From Paramoeba atlantica (Eukaryota; Protista; Discosea): a stretch of 64,000 nucleotides of DNA. Below the pieces are notes generated by a model. The model was not told the origin of the DNA and did no database searches. It worked only from the letters and a program-made list of their open reading frames with translations. The position numbers and the translations under genes are program-made. Below, piece after piece: positions 1-11,500 of the stretch (the first letter of the stretch is position 1; every line of letters starts with the position of its first letter). The DNA is taken from the NCBI GenBank assembly GCA_977017575.1, contig CDRNVI010000144.1, positions 372,001 through 436,000 of the forward strand, written 5' to 3'.

Positions 1-439
1 AATAGAAGAGAGACACATATGAGAATGGAAAGGATGAGAAAGTGAAATTTGATTTAGGAGAAATCTTTGATCCTATCAACAGAACAGAAGAAAATGATTC
101 TCTAACACCAACTTTAGGAAATCCAAGGATCTCAGAGGTGAGGTGGATGTCATTGAATGAGGTTCAAGGAGATTCCAAAGAAAGTGACAAAGAAATATGA
201 ACCCAAGAGCAGACCAGAGAAATTCGTAATGCCAATCAGCTCAGCTGGCCAGAAGGCCGAAAATTTCCATGAATTGACAACGTTGCTCACTCCCGATGAG
301 GGTCACTGAGATCCTCGGGGGGATGCTGAGGGTCTGGATTTGAGACCTTTTGTCAAGCCACCTTTTGGACAGTTCAGGAAGCAGCCAACAACCAATTTGA
401 ATGTTGAATTGGCCCAATTAGTTCAGAGGAAGAAGAGAA

Positions 440-660
440 CAAAGGAGGTTTGGAGTTGGCTCGAGAAACTCTACTTCAAAAGGGGAAGAGACCAAAACCA
501 AGGATAATCAAGGGGATAATGATGCGAGAAGGAGGCCGGAGAAAGTACTCAAGAAGAAGGAACAGGAGGAGTTAGGATTCACAGTGGAAGAGGAGACTTC
601 ACCAACAGTGGTATCTCCAGCCTTTGTTGTACCAAAGAAAGAAAGAGGGAAATGGAGATT
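440..660 (+). pseudogene. Possible degenerate retroelement RT N-terminal fragment (DIRS/gypsy-like)
   Basis: Plus frame reads ...VLKKKEQEELGFTVEEETSPTVVSPAFVVPKKERGKWRL, resembling the SP(A/V)FxVPKKxGKWRL start of LTR/DIRS RTs. Stops upstream; runs into A-rich low-complexity sequence with no catalytic motif. Confidence 0.35.
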
Positions 661-3600
661 AAACAAGAGAAAAGGAACAAAGAAAAAAAAGAGAAAAGGA
701 AAAAGAAAGAAAAGAGGAAAAAGAAAAAACAAAGGAAAAGGAGAAAAACAAAGGAAAAAAAAAAGAAAAAAACAAAGAAAAAAGAAGAAAAAAAAGAATA
801 AAAAAAAGAACTTTGTTTGGTGGGATCTCAAGTCTCCCTGACTCCCTAACTCCCCGACTCCTCTCTCTCTCTCTCTCTCTCTCTCAGCGAGAATTGGATC
901 ATCTTCTGGGACATTCAGTCTTGAGGGGTCAAATAGCTTAAAAATATCAAAGAAGAAAAAAGAGTTGTTTGAACAAATCAAAAGAACTATTTAATTTGTT
1001 CATAAAACTCCAAAACATCACCACAAAAATCCCTTCAATTGTTCTGTTTTTCTTGTTTTTTGATTATATTATCATCTAACAGAAAAAGAAAAAAGAAAAG
1101 AAAGAAAAATTAGTTTTCCAATTCAAAAAAAAACAAAGAAAAACAAAGAAAAAAACAAAGAAAAACAAAGAAAAACAAAGAAAAACAAAGAAAAGAAAAA
1201 AACACATCACCACAAAACACCCAACAAAATAAAGGTTTTTGATCTTGGATTGGTGGAAAGAAAAAGAGAACGAAAAAGAAAAAGAAAAAGAAAATGGAAA
1301 AAGGAAAAAGGAAAAAAAAAAAAGAAAAAAAAAGAAAAGAAAAAAAGAAAAAAAGAAAAAAAGAAAAAAAGAAAAAAATACATTTGAACAAGATTCGTGA
1401 GTTGTTCTATTTCGGTTGGAAGTGGTCTTGTGAATGAATTCTTACTGAAATACCTACAAAGAGAAAGAAAGAAGAGGGAAAGAAAAGAAATAAGAGTTAA
1501 AAAGGAAAAAAAGAAAAAGAAAAAGAATAAAAAAAGAATAAAAAAAGAATAAAAAAAGAATAAAAATAATAAAATAATAAAAATAATAAAAATAATAAAA
1601 AATAATAAAAATAATAAAAATAATAAAAAAATAAAAAAATAAAAAAATAAATAATAAAAAAAATAATAAAATAAATAAAATAAATAAAATAAATAAAATA
1701 AATAAAATAAATAAAATAAATAAAATAAATAAAATAAATAAAAATAAATAAAAATAAAAAAACATCCAAGTCAAATGAAAGTTGTCCAAATTCAGTAGGC
1801 AAAGACCCCGTGAAGTTATTAGAAACGATGTCTAATAATATTATGAAAAGGAGAGGGAGAGAGGAGAGAGGAGAGAGAGAGAGAGAGAGAGAGAAAAGAA
1901 AGAGAAAGAGAGAGAAAAGTGAGAGAGAAAAGTGAGAGAAAGAAAGAAAAGAAAAAAATCATCAGAACAGAATAATTTATTCAAAAAATAATCCGAAGAA
2001 AAAAAAGAAAGAAAAAAGAAAAAAGAAAAAGAAAAGAAAAACATTTGAAGGAGATCAAAGAGTTGTGCAAATTCAACAGGCATTGTCCCTGAAAAGAAAT
2101 TCCCTCCCAGTGATCTGATAAAATCAAAAATAATTTCAATAAAAATGAAAGAAATGAAAAGAAATGAAAGAAAGAAAGAAAATGAAAGAAAAATGGGAAA
2201 GAAAGAAAAAAGAAAAAAGAAAAAGAAAAAAGAAAGAAAAAGAAAAAAGAAAAAAGATAAAAAAGAAAAAAAAGAAAAAAAGAAAAAAAGAAAAAAAGAA
2301 AAAGAAAAAAAGAAAAAGAAAAAAAAAAGAAAAAAAAAGAAAAAGAAAAAATTACAAATCAGTTAAAGAATGAAGTTTTGAAATTTTGTCCAAGATTTTT
2401 TCTCCTTTCAGTTGATTGACTCCTAAAAACCTTTTGGAAAAGAAAGAAAGAAAAGAGAAAAGAAGAGAAGAAAAGAGAAGAAAAGAGAAGAAAAGAGAAG
2501 AAAAGAAAAGAAAAGAAAAGAGAAGAGAAGAGAAGAAAAGAGAAGAAAAGAGAAGAAGAGAAGAGAAGAGAAGAAGAGAAGAGAAGAGAAAAAGAAAGGA
2601 AAGGAAAAGAAAGGAAAGGAAAAGAAAGAAAAGAGAGAAAATGATAAAATTATTAAAAGAATAATAAAAGAAAGAAAAAAAAGAAAATAAAAAGAAAAAT
2701 AAAAATAAAAAATAAAAATAAAAATAAATAAAAATAAAAATAAAAATAAAAAATAAAAAATAAAAAATAAAAAATAAAAAATAAAAAAACATGATTTGGA
2801 CATGATGAAGATTTTCAATTTCTGATGGAACAGTCCCTCTCAAAGTATTGTCAGAAAGATCTCTAGAAAGAGAAGAGAGAGAAGAGAGAGAGGGAGAGAG
2901 GGAGAGAAAAGGGGAGAGAGAGAGAAAAGGAAGGGAGGGAGAGAGAAAAGGAGGGAAGAGAGAGAAAAGGGGAGAGAAAGAAGAAAGAAAAAGTTAAAAG
3001 TTAAAAGAAAAGAAAAAAGAGAAAAGAGAAAAGAAAGAAAAAGAAAAAGAAAAAGAAAAAGAAAAAGAAAAAGAAAAAGAAAAAAGAAAAAAGAAAAAAA
3101 AGAAAAAAAAGAAAAAAAAGAAAAAGAAACAAATAAAGAGAAGAAAGAACTCCAATTTCGGTTGGGATTGTCCCACTGAGATAGTTGTCCGCCAAAAGCC
3201 TTTTTTAACAAATAGAAGAGAAAGAGAGAAGAGAGAAGAGAGAAGAGAGAGAAGAGAGAGAAGAGAGAAGAGAGAAGAGAGAGAGAGAAAGAGAAAGTGG
3301 AAGAGAAAGTGGAAGAGAAAGTGGAAGAGAAAGTGGAAGAGAAAGTGGAAGAGAAAGCGGAAGAGAAAGCGGAAGAGAAAGCGGAAGAGAAAGAGAAAGA
3401 GAAAGAGGAGAAGAGAGAAAGAGAGAGAAGAGAAGGAGAAAATGAGGAATGAGAGAATGAGAAAGAGAGAAGAAGAAGAAGAGAGAAAGAAAAAGGAAAG
3501 AGAAAAGAAAGAGAGAAAAAGGAAAGGGAATAAAAGAAAAAAAGTATTATTTCAAAGGTTTTTTCTTTTTAAAAAAGAAAGAATTAAAAAAAAAGATTAA

Positions 3601-4030
3601 AGAAAAAGAAAAAGAAAAAGAAAAAGAAAAGAGAAAAAAAAAAGAGAAAAAAAAAAGAGAAAAAAAAAAGAGAAAAAAAAAAGAGAAAAAAAAAAGAGAA
3701 AAGAAAAGAAAAGAAAAGGAAACCGACCACCCCACAGAAAGGAAAGGAAGGGAAAGGAAAGGAAGGGAAAGGAAAGGAAGGGAAAAGTAAAAAAGAGAAA
3801 AAGAGAAAAAGAGAAAGAGAGAAAGAGAGAAAGAGAGAAAGAGAGAAAGAGAGAAGGGGGGAAAGTAGCGAAAAAACAGAGAGAGAAAAAAAAAAAGAGA
3901 GAAAAGACACTGGATCCAAAAATTTGGAACATCCAAAAGAGAAGAAAATGTACTCAGGGACAAAAAAAAGAAGAAAGAAAAAAGAAAAAGAGGGAAAATA
4001 AAGAGGGAAAAGAAAAGAGGAAAAGACAAG
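660..4030 (-). repeat. Low-complexity A/G-rich tracts (pyrimidine-rich introns of the minus-strand gene)
   Basis: AAAG, AAAAT, AG, GAGAA and GGAAGAGAAAGT microsatellites lie between the LRR exons. The skew flips to T/C-rich on the plus strand after ~4.5 kb. Confidence 0.85.
1382..3199 (-). CDS. Multi-exon leucine-rich-repeat protein (plant-specific-type LRR, one repeat per exon); may extend up to an ATG near 4,079
   Basis: AG/GT-bounded phase-2 exons: 3131-3199 (LLADNYLSGTIPTEIGVLSSLY), 2791-2862 (DLSDNTLRGTVPSEIENLHHVQI), 2356-2430 (FLGVNQLKGEKILDKISKLHSLTD), 2043-2114 (SLGGNFFSGTMPVEFAQLFDLLQ), 1382-1453 (YFSKNSFTRPLPTEIEQLTNLVQ), plus an out-of-phase LRR exon at 1764-1831. These fit LxLxxNxLSGxIPxE(I/F)GxL. 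Confidence 0.85.
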
Positions 4031-4049
4031 AGAAAAAAAAGAAGATAGA

Positions 4050-4500
4050 GGTTTTCGGACCCGAAATAGGGGTCCGTCATTTGGCCGCTATTTTTTTTCT
4101 CATTTTTGGTTCCTCTTTCTTGGTTTTGTTCTCTCAGTCCTTTTTTTTTCTCTCTTTTTTTTTTTTTTCTCTCCAAAAAAGAGAAATGGGCGTAAATCAG
4201 AGATTTATTTCAGGGTTGAAAGTCAACAAACAAGAACGAAAGTTTCAATGGTAAAAGCGAAAGCAAAGCAAAAAGCAGAAAACAAAGAAAAGAAGTGAAA
4301 GCAGGCACAGGCTGGCTGCAACGCTAAGAAGAAGAAAGAGCAACAAAGGATTCAACGCGTGTGTTGCCAAAGAGACACAAAGAAGGGAAAAAAATGAATT
4401 CGAGAGCTAAATCTAGCGCGGCAGAATGAGATAAATCCCTATATTAGGGAATTCCTTGTTCGTTTCCGTTTGGTCTCTTCTTCGGGGACCTCTTGTTCAA
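4050..4500. promoter_or_regulatory. Putative divergent promoter / CpG-retaining intergenic segment
   Basis: Point where intron purine/pyrimidine skew reverses; several intact CpGs (ACGCGT, AGCGCGG); small hairpin CGGACCC...GGGTCCG near 4,056-4,076. No transcript evidence. Confidence 0.25.
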
Positions 4501-4514
4501 AAAACAAAATCGCC

Positions 4515-4559
<45 letters not shown>

Positions 4560-4561
<2 letters not shown>

Positions 4562-6110
4562 GTGTGGGGTACAAAGAATTCAGCAAAATCTTCAAAAAAT
4601 CGTGGGGTGTTTGTTTTTTTCTTATATTTCTCTAATTTTCTTCTTCTTACTTTCTTTCTTTTCTTTTCTTATTTCTTTTCTTTCTTTTTTAGATTGTGGT
4701 GAGAGACTAAATCGAGAGTTGTTTTTGACCTTTGGTTATGCTCTTTGATCCAGAACAAAAGAATCTTTGTTGATGGATCACTATTACATTGGTGAGGGAT
4801 ATTGGTGAATCTTGTTGTGTGTTGCTTTTTTCATTGAACATGAGAAAAAAGAAGAACTTTTTTTGATGGTGGTTTTGCGCACACAATGTTAACATTCTTT
4901 TCTTTTGTGGCCAATTTATCATTGTGTTTGCTGTGTTTTTTTTTTTTTCTTTTCCCCTTGTTTCATTTTTGTTGTTTTTTGAGTGGGTTTTCTTTTCTCT
5001 TTCCCTCTTTCCCTCTTTCTTTTTCCTTTTCTTTTTTTCTTTCTATTGATAAACTCTTTTCAGGGGAAATGTGGAAAAGACCATTCAAGATTTCTTTTTT
5101 TCTCTTTACTCTTTTTTATTCTTTTATTCTTTTCTTTCTACTTTTCTTTTTCTTCTTTTTCTTTTTCTCCCTTTTGATGGTGTTCTTCAAAAATTGTGAA
5201 TACTAATTTTTCTTTCTTTTCTTTCTCTAACCTCTCGAGATGGTCCCTGATGAGATATTAAAATAATCTGGCTGCATGTTCAGAGACCTCTGTTTTGTTT
5301 CGTGCTCCACTCCATTGCGGAAAGAAGAGAAAGAAGGGGGTTAAGTTTGGCAAGAAATTTGGAGAATATGGCTATTTTTTGACTTCTTTTAACCTCCTTC
5401 TTCTTGGCAATGATGAATTAATTAATATATTAAGAGGTACCATGAATTTTGCTTGAACTCAGAAGTGGAGTCTATTCCCACCCAACAATTCACAAGGAGA
5501 GGGAGTTTGCCACTCTTGTTACATCACCACAGGTTTCTTTTTTTCCCCTCTTTATTTTGTTATTTTGTTGTTTTGGTGTTTTTGTCAAGTAGTTTAATTG
5601 TTTGTTTTTGTGTTTTTGTATTTTGTTTTTATTTTGTTTTCTTCTTCACTTACAAACCTTCTTCTTAGAGTTTTGAGTTGTAAACTTTTGGTGTTTCGTT
5701 TCTTCACTGTGTAGTGTTCAGGTTTTATTTTGGTATAAATGTGATTGTTTTGATTGTTGTTGCTATTGTTATTGCTGGATGTTATTGATTGTTTCAAAAG
5801 AGCCAAGAGAAGTGTTTTTTGAGAGCTTGTTGTTGGTTGTTGGTTGGTTGTTGGGTTGTTGGTTGGTTGTTCAGGACAATCCAAGCCAATCCAGACAAGA
5901 CAACCCAAAAGAGAACCCAAGAATATGGGGGTATCCTAGAAACTAGAGTTTGTTTGCCAGAAAGAAAAGTGTTAATAGAGGTTGGTTTTCTTTTTCTTTT
6001 TTCTTTTCCCTTTATTTCTTTGTTATTTTAGTATCATGTTTTTTTCTCTTTTCCCCTTCTTTTTCTCTTTCTCTCTCTTTTTCTCTTGTTTTTGTTTTTT
6101 GTTTTTTCTT
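4560..6110 (+). other. Plus-strand spliced-gene-like region, product not recognised
   Basis: Short complex segments alternate with T/C-rich intron-like tracts; no continuous frame or motif could be assembled. Confidence 0.25.
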
Positions 6111-6148
6111 TCATTCCCTTTTTTCTCTTTTTTTCATCATGCAATATA

Positions 6149-6406
6149 CACTACGGGGAAAACGCCCCAAAGATGTTTCAAATAGCCCTTGGCGTCGACA
6201 GCCCCTATTCTTTGGACAATTTATTTGATTTCTGAAACCTGTGATTTTGCTCTCTTCTTTCCGTTTGAATTTTTTCAAACTGAACTGGATTTTTCTTTCG
6301 AAAATGGAGGAAAACGGGTTTTCCTCCCAAATCAAATAAATTGTCCAAAGAATAGGGGCTGTCGACGCCATATTTGAAACATCTTTGGGGCGTTTTCCCC
6401 GTAGTG
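6149..6406. mobile_element. Non-autonomous TIR element (MITE) with CACTA termini
   Basis: CACTACGGGGAAAACGCCCCAAAGATGTTTCAAATA at 6,149 mirrors the sequence ending ...CCCCGTAGTG at 6,406; ~80 bp inverted arms including GGCGTCGACAGCCCCTATTCTTTGGACAATTTATTTGATT. No clear TSD. Confidence 0.7.
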
Positions 6407-6407
6407 C

Positions 6408-6796
6408 AAGAATTTTTTTTAAAGTGGACGCTTATTTTCCAGGGCCCCTTTGAATGGTCCCTCTCTTTGGTTAGTTTTTCGAAGAATGAAGTTTCGAAAT
6501 CATTTTTTTTCGAAAAATCAAGTCTTGAAAATTTTTTTTCGAAGAATCAAGTCTCGAAAACATTTTTTTTCGAAGAATTATGTTTCGAAACCATTTTTTT
6601 TCGAAGAATCATGTTTCAAAATCATTTTTTTCCAAGAATCACCTTTCGAAACATGATTCTTCGAAAAAAAATGGTTTCGAAACATAATCCTTCGAAAAAA
6701 AATGTTTTCGAGACTTCATTCTTCGAAAAACTAACCAAAGAGAGGGATCATTCAAAGGGGCCCTGGAAAATAAGTGTCCACTTTTAAAAAATTCTT
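6408..6796. mobile_element. Foldback-type palindromic element with an internal ~30 bp repeat array
   Basis: ~75 bp terminal inverted repeats (AAAGTGGAC(G/A)CTTATTTTCCAGGGCCCCTTTGAATG...) enclose TTCGAAGAATCAAGTYTCGAAAACATTTTTT-like units in both orientations. Confidence 0.75.
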
Positions 6797-7974
6797 TTAA
6801 TTTATTTATGTATTGCCATTATTGGGTTAATGCTTTGTCATTTTTACAACAGACCCCAAAAAAAACACTCTCCCTCCCCAAAAAACAAAAATGCAAGTGG
6901 AACCACGATTTCTTTTGGTTTTCCCTTTTTGCTGGAATTCTGGAGGTTTGCCTTAAAGAGTCTCAATTGGTTTTGATTTTGTGGTTTTCTTCTTTGTTGA
7001 TTTCTTCTCATTTTTTTCACTTCTTAAAAAAGAAAAAAGGAAAGGAAAGTATGTCATACCCAGTTGAAAGCATCCCAATCCCAGTACCAAAAAAACATTC
7101 TCTTTTTTCTTTTTGAAGGAGACATCAATGGTCTAATTTGGTTTCTTAGTTTGAGTAAAATTCATATTCTCTGGGTACAAATTTTCAAATTAGTACCCAG
7201 AGAGAATGATAAAATACCAACAAAAATACCAATGAAATGTGAGGCAAACAACAAAGAAAAACTAAAAAAACAGCAACTTTTTGCACACTTTTAGTGAACT
7301 AAATTTTTATTAGGGGTTATTTCCTCTTTCTTTTTTCTCACTTCATTGTAGATTGTGCCAATGCATGTTCCAAAACTTTCATCATAATCAACAGATGCAA
7401 CTGAACCACCCTGAAGTTAACAAGAAATTCCACCTTCTCCAATCTTTCCAACAATTCCATTTGCAGTAAAAGAAACAACCATCTTTTCTTTTGATTTTAG
7501 CTCTTGTATGGTGCCCACATCACAAATACTAATTTACTCCTTTCACGTGTGATCAGAAGGAGAGATGTATTTTTGATGTGAGTCAATCCATATGCACATT
7601 TGTCTCTTGGGAGATGAGTTGTGAATTCAGTCCATTTTCTGTTCGTCCATCCACCACATCCCCACTTTTCAATAAATCATGATAATTCAGTTCGACATTT
7701 TCCATGTCGTTGATCAAGAAGATACACCCCTTTTGACTTCCCAGATTTGACAGACCGAGCAATAGAGAGGATACATTCATCAGAAAATTGAACCACAGAA
7801 GCCATAGTAGTAGTTGTATTTATCGATCAATCACACAAGAAGGGATTACTTTGTTTTGTTTTGGTTTGGTTGTTTTTGATTGTTTTTGATTGGTTTTTGT
7901 TTTTTGTTTTTTGAGTTTTTGTTTTGAGTTTTTTTGTGTGTGTGTGTGTGTGTGTTGGGTCAAGTCAAGGAGGG

Positions 7975-8270
7975 GGACGAAGAAACCTGTGTTTTTTGGA
8001 AAAAGTTGGCTCAGTTCAGTGAAGTGTCTATTGGTGCGTTGGGGCAAAGCCAAATAATAATAATCCAATTGCATTGAGGACCGCTCAAAATTGCCGCCTG
8101 AGAATCACTCAACTTGATCCTCTTCTTTTTCATCACACACGAATTTGCTCAGAATCCAGAACAACAGGATGCGCATCCCAAGTTTTACACATATTTGAGA
8201 CACAGAAAGGAGATTCATCTTGCATTGAGTGTTTCTCATTTTTTGAAGACAACTCTCCACAACCAACCCC
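7975..8270 (-). pseudogene. Degenerate Ty1/copia pol fragment (post-protease region), related to the intact Copia in this window
   Basis: Minus translation LQKMRNTQCKMNLLSVSQIC...YYYLALPQRTN aligns to Copia LQDISVVPNCEMNLLSVAHMC...LYYLALPSRTN; nucleotide similarity to 30,390-30,600 is visible. Confidence 0.65.
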
Positions 8271-8284
8271 TCACTTCGAAAAAA

Positions 8285-8356
8285 AAACCAAACCCGCCCA
8301 AACCAAACCCGCCCAAACCAAACCCGCCCAAACCAAACCCGCCCAAACCAAACCCC
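8285..8356. repeat. 15-bp minisatellite (AAACCAAACCCGCCC) x ~4.7
   Basis: Perfect tandem units start at 8285, 8300, 8315 and 8330, with a partial unit at 8345. Confidence 0.95.
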
Positions 8357-8529
8357 AATCAATGCTTTCACTGAACAAAAAAAAAGTCAAAAAAAAAAAG
8401 GAAAATTTTGTGGGAATTGAACCACCCCTCCCCAAAACCACTCTCCTTTTTTTCCAGTCGAAGTTTTGTTTTTTGTGGTGGTGTCTTTTTGGTGATTTTG
8501 TTTTTTGTTTGTTTGTGGGATTGTTCTGT

Positions 8530-11500
8530 TCAAGCTCAAAGATTTTCAAAGCCTCTGAAGGAACATCCAGGATGTGTATGGAACTTTCGACTGTAGTTCT
8601 CAAGTGTTCTATCTCAATGATGAGTGTGATGTGTTGTCTTTGTGAAACGTGACCAAGACTTGGAGAAGATGCTTTATTTCTCCTCCCAAAAAAGAGCAAA
8701 CAAGATGGTGACAGCAGTGAAGAGTCATCAGGAGATCGAAAATCGAGTGGATGATGATGAAGAGAAAGTGGGTGATGAGAAGAATACTGATGATGTTGAT
8801 TCAGTTTCTGAGAACTCCAAGAAAAGCCTCAAAGGAACAACAGAAGAAGAGAGAGAAGAAGATTGAAATGCTCAGGAAGAGTGTGATGAGAAACTGGCAG
8901 ATCATATTGATGTTCTTGAGAGTAACACACAACCTCCCCCCCTCCCCTGCACACACCACAAAAGTCTCTATCTTTTTGTTGGTTCTTTTTCTTTTTTTCT
9001 TTTTCTTCTTTTCTTTTTCTCTTTCTCTTTTTCTTTTTTTTCTTTTTCTTTTTCTTTTCTTTTTTCTTTTTTCTTTTTTTTTCTCCTTTTTTTTCTCCTT
9101 TTTTTTCTCCCTCTTTTCTTTTTCTCTTTTTCTTTTTCTTTCTTTTTTCTCCTTTTCCTCTTTCTTTTTTCTTTTTTTTTCTCTTTTCTTTTTCTTTCTT
9201 TTCATTTTCTTTTTTTTTTTCTTTTTCTGTTAGTTAGGTAACAATTTTTGAGTTTTATGAACAAATTAAAAGTTTTTTTGATTTGTTCAAACAACTCTTT
9301 TTCTTATTATGATACAATTCTTGCTGAGAGACTTGAGACCACACATCCAAGGTTCTTTTTTCCCTTGCTTGATCTGCTTTCAATCAGAGGTTTTTCCTTC
9401 TCTTCCTCTTGTTTCTTTCTTATCTTTCTCCTTTTTCTCCCTTTTTTACTTTCCCTTTTTCTTTTTTATCTCTTTTGTTTTTCCCCCTCTTTTCCTCCTT
9501 TCTCTTTTTCCCCTTCCTTCCTTCCCTCCTTTCTTTCCCCTTTGTTTTTTTTAAAATTCATTGACTTTCCTTTTGAATGAAGGGAGCTTCTTTATTTTGT
9601 GTTTTGTTGTTCCTGGAGTATTGTGTATTGTTTGTGGGGGGGGAATTGTTGTTTGTTGTTTTGTTGTTTGTTATTTGTTATTTGTTGGCAGTTGTTTATA
9701 GGTGGTTGTTTCTTGGGTGGATATTTGGGTTATGGTTATTTGGTTTTGTTGAATACCTGTGGTGGAGGGAGGGGTTTTGGTGTCTTGTTGTGATGATGAT
9801 GTTTTTTTTTGTTTTTTGTTTTTTTTAATCAAAAAAACTAACTTTTTTTCTTTTCTTTTCTTTTAAAAGGAATAATTGCTTTCCTCTTTGTATAATATTT
9901 CCACTTTGTACTTGGCTTTTAATAATTTATTTGTGATTAACATTCAAGATCAAGAAAGGCAAAACAAATTGAAAAGATTGTAAAGAGTGTTATAAACAAG
10001 TTAAAAAGTTCTTTTGATTTGTTCAAACAACCCTTTTCTCTTTGATGTTATAAGAGGATTAAATCTGGTGGACCCTTGAGAATTTCAATTATTTCTTCAA
10101 TTATTTTATAACTCACCCCAGTTCAATGTTGGGAACCTTTGATTTGGCATTCCTTTGTCTTCTGAGAAAGAAGAGCTTCAAGAGAAATGGGACCTGACTG
10201 AGATGGTTAAGCTGTGAGACTATCAGCTTACTAGGGTTCTTTTTTCTTTTTTCTTTATCATTAGATTTTTTTTATTTGTTTCCATTTTATTTCCCCTATT
10301 TCCTTTATCTTACTCTTCTGATCTTTTCTTTTTGCCTCCTTTTTCTCATTTTTTTTGACCAGAGAACTCATCTCTTTTGATTTTTTTTTTTGTTGAAACA
10401 ATCAACTTATTGAATAACCATAAAAAGAACTTTCATTTTTGAATGGATGAAAAAGTGTTATTTTGGTTCTTTCCCTATCAGTGGTGATCCAAGCAATGCT
10501 CAAATGACCTCAAGGAAGAAAACTTATACTCTTTGGGTATGAATTTTCAAATTAGCACCCAGAGAGTATGAAAATCCTAGGTTCATTTTGGTAACCCTGG
10601 TGACTTTGGTTTGTTATTTTTCAAATAATATCTTCTATTTTTGTCTTCTCTTCTTTGGAGGAGGATTGAAAGACTTCTTTTTCAAACCTAGGAGAGTAAG
10701 GAGAAGGGCAAGAACCATCTATTCACCTGACAGGTTCAATTCCCACATATTGAATTTTTTCATTTTTCTTCATCTTTTTGTTCCAATTTTCTTCAATCCC
10801 TTCTGTTTGAGTGTTTTTTTTTATCTTGATGATGAGTGTGATAGTGTCTTTGTGAAACATGACCAAGACTTGGGAGATGCAAAAAGGATTGAAAGGAAAC
10901 AAAAAAAACAAAAAAAACAAAGGGTAAAAAAAATTGTGAAAACCCCAAAATCTTTTTTTTGTGGCTAAAAAAAGAGTGTTGCACCTTCCCCACTAGTTTT
11001 CTGTTTTTGTTCTTGCCATCATCTCTTTTCTTTTTTCCTTACTTCTCTTTTTTTCTCCCTTCTTTTCTCCCTTTTTTTTCTTCCCTTTTTTTTCTCTCTT
11101 TTTGTTTCTTTTCCTTTCTCTTTTTCCTTTTCTCTTTTTTTCTCTTCTTTCATAGGTCACTGTGATCATGATTGGGTTAAATATGTTGCTTCAAGTTGTG
11201 GTTTCTTTTTCTTTCTTTTTTTTCTTTCTTTTTCTTTCTTTTTTTTCTTTCTTTTTTTTTCTTTCTTTTTTTTTTGTTTTCTTTCTTTTTTTCTTTTTTT
11301 CTTTTTCCTTTTCCTGTTTTTTTGTGCTTTCTTTTTCTTATTTCTTCTTTTCTTTGGTGGGTTACTTCTCTTTTTTGTTACCAGAGAGCCAGAGGGTTGA
11401 TGGAGAATCTGAGAGTTAGGTTTTTTTTGTTTTCTTGAATGAAATTCAAAAAAAAAGATATCCCCCTCCAAAAGGGAACAAGAGTGAGGTGAGGGATTGA
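8530..11500 (+). pseudogene. Plus-strand exon/intron mosaic with duplicated exon-like modules, probably fragmented host genes
   Basis: 8,625-8,670 resembles 10,830-10,880 (YLxDECDxVFVKxDQDL, frameshifted in the first copy); 7,170-7,210 resembles 10,530-10,570; T-rich intron tracts lie between. Confidence 0.3.

Noticed and set aside
6480-6730. CRISPR-like array
   Set aside because: No unique spacers, units flip orientation inside terminal inverted repeats, no cas genes, eukaryotic context.
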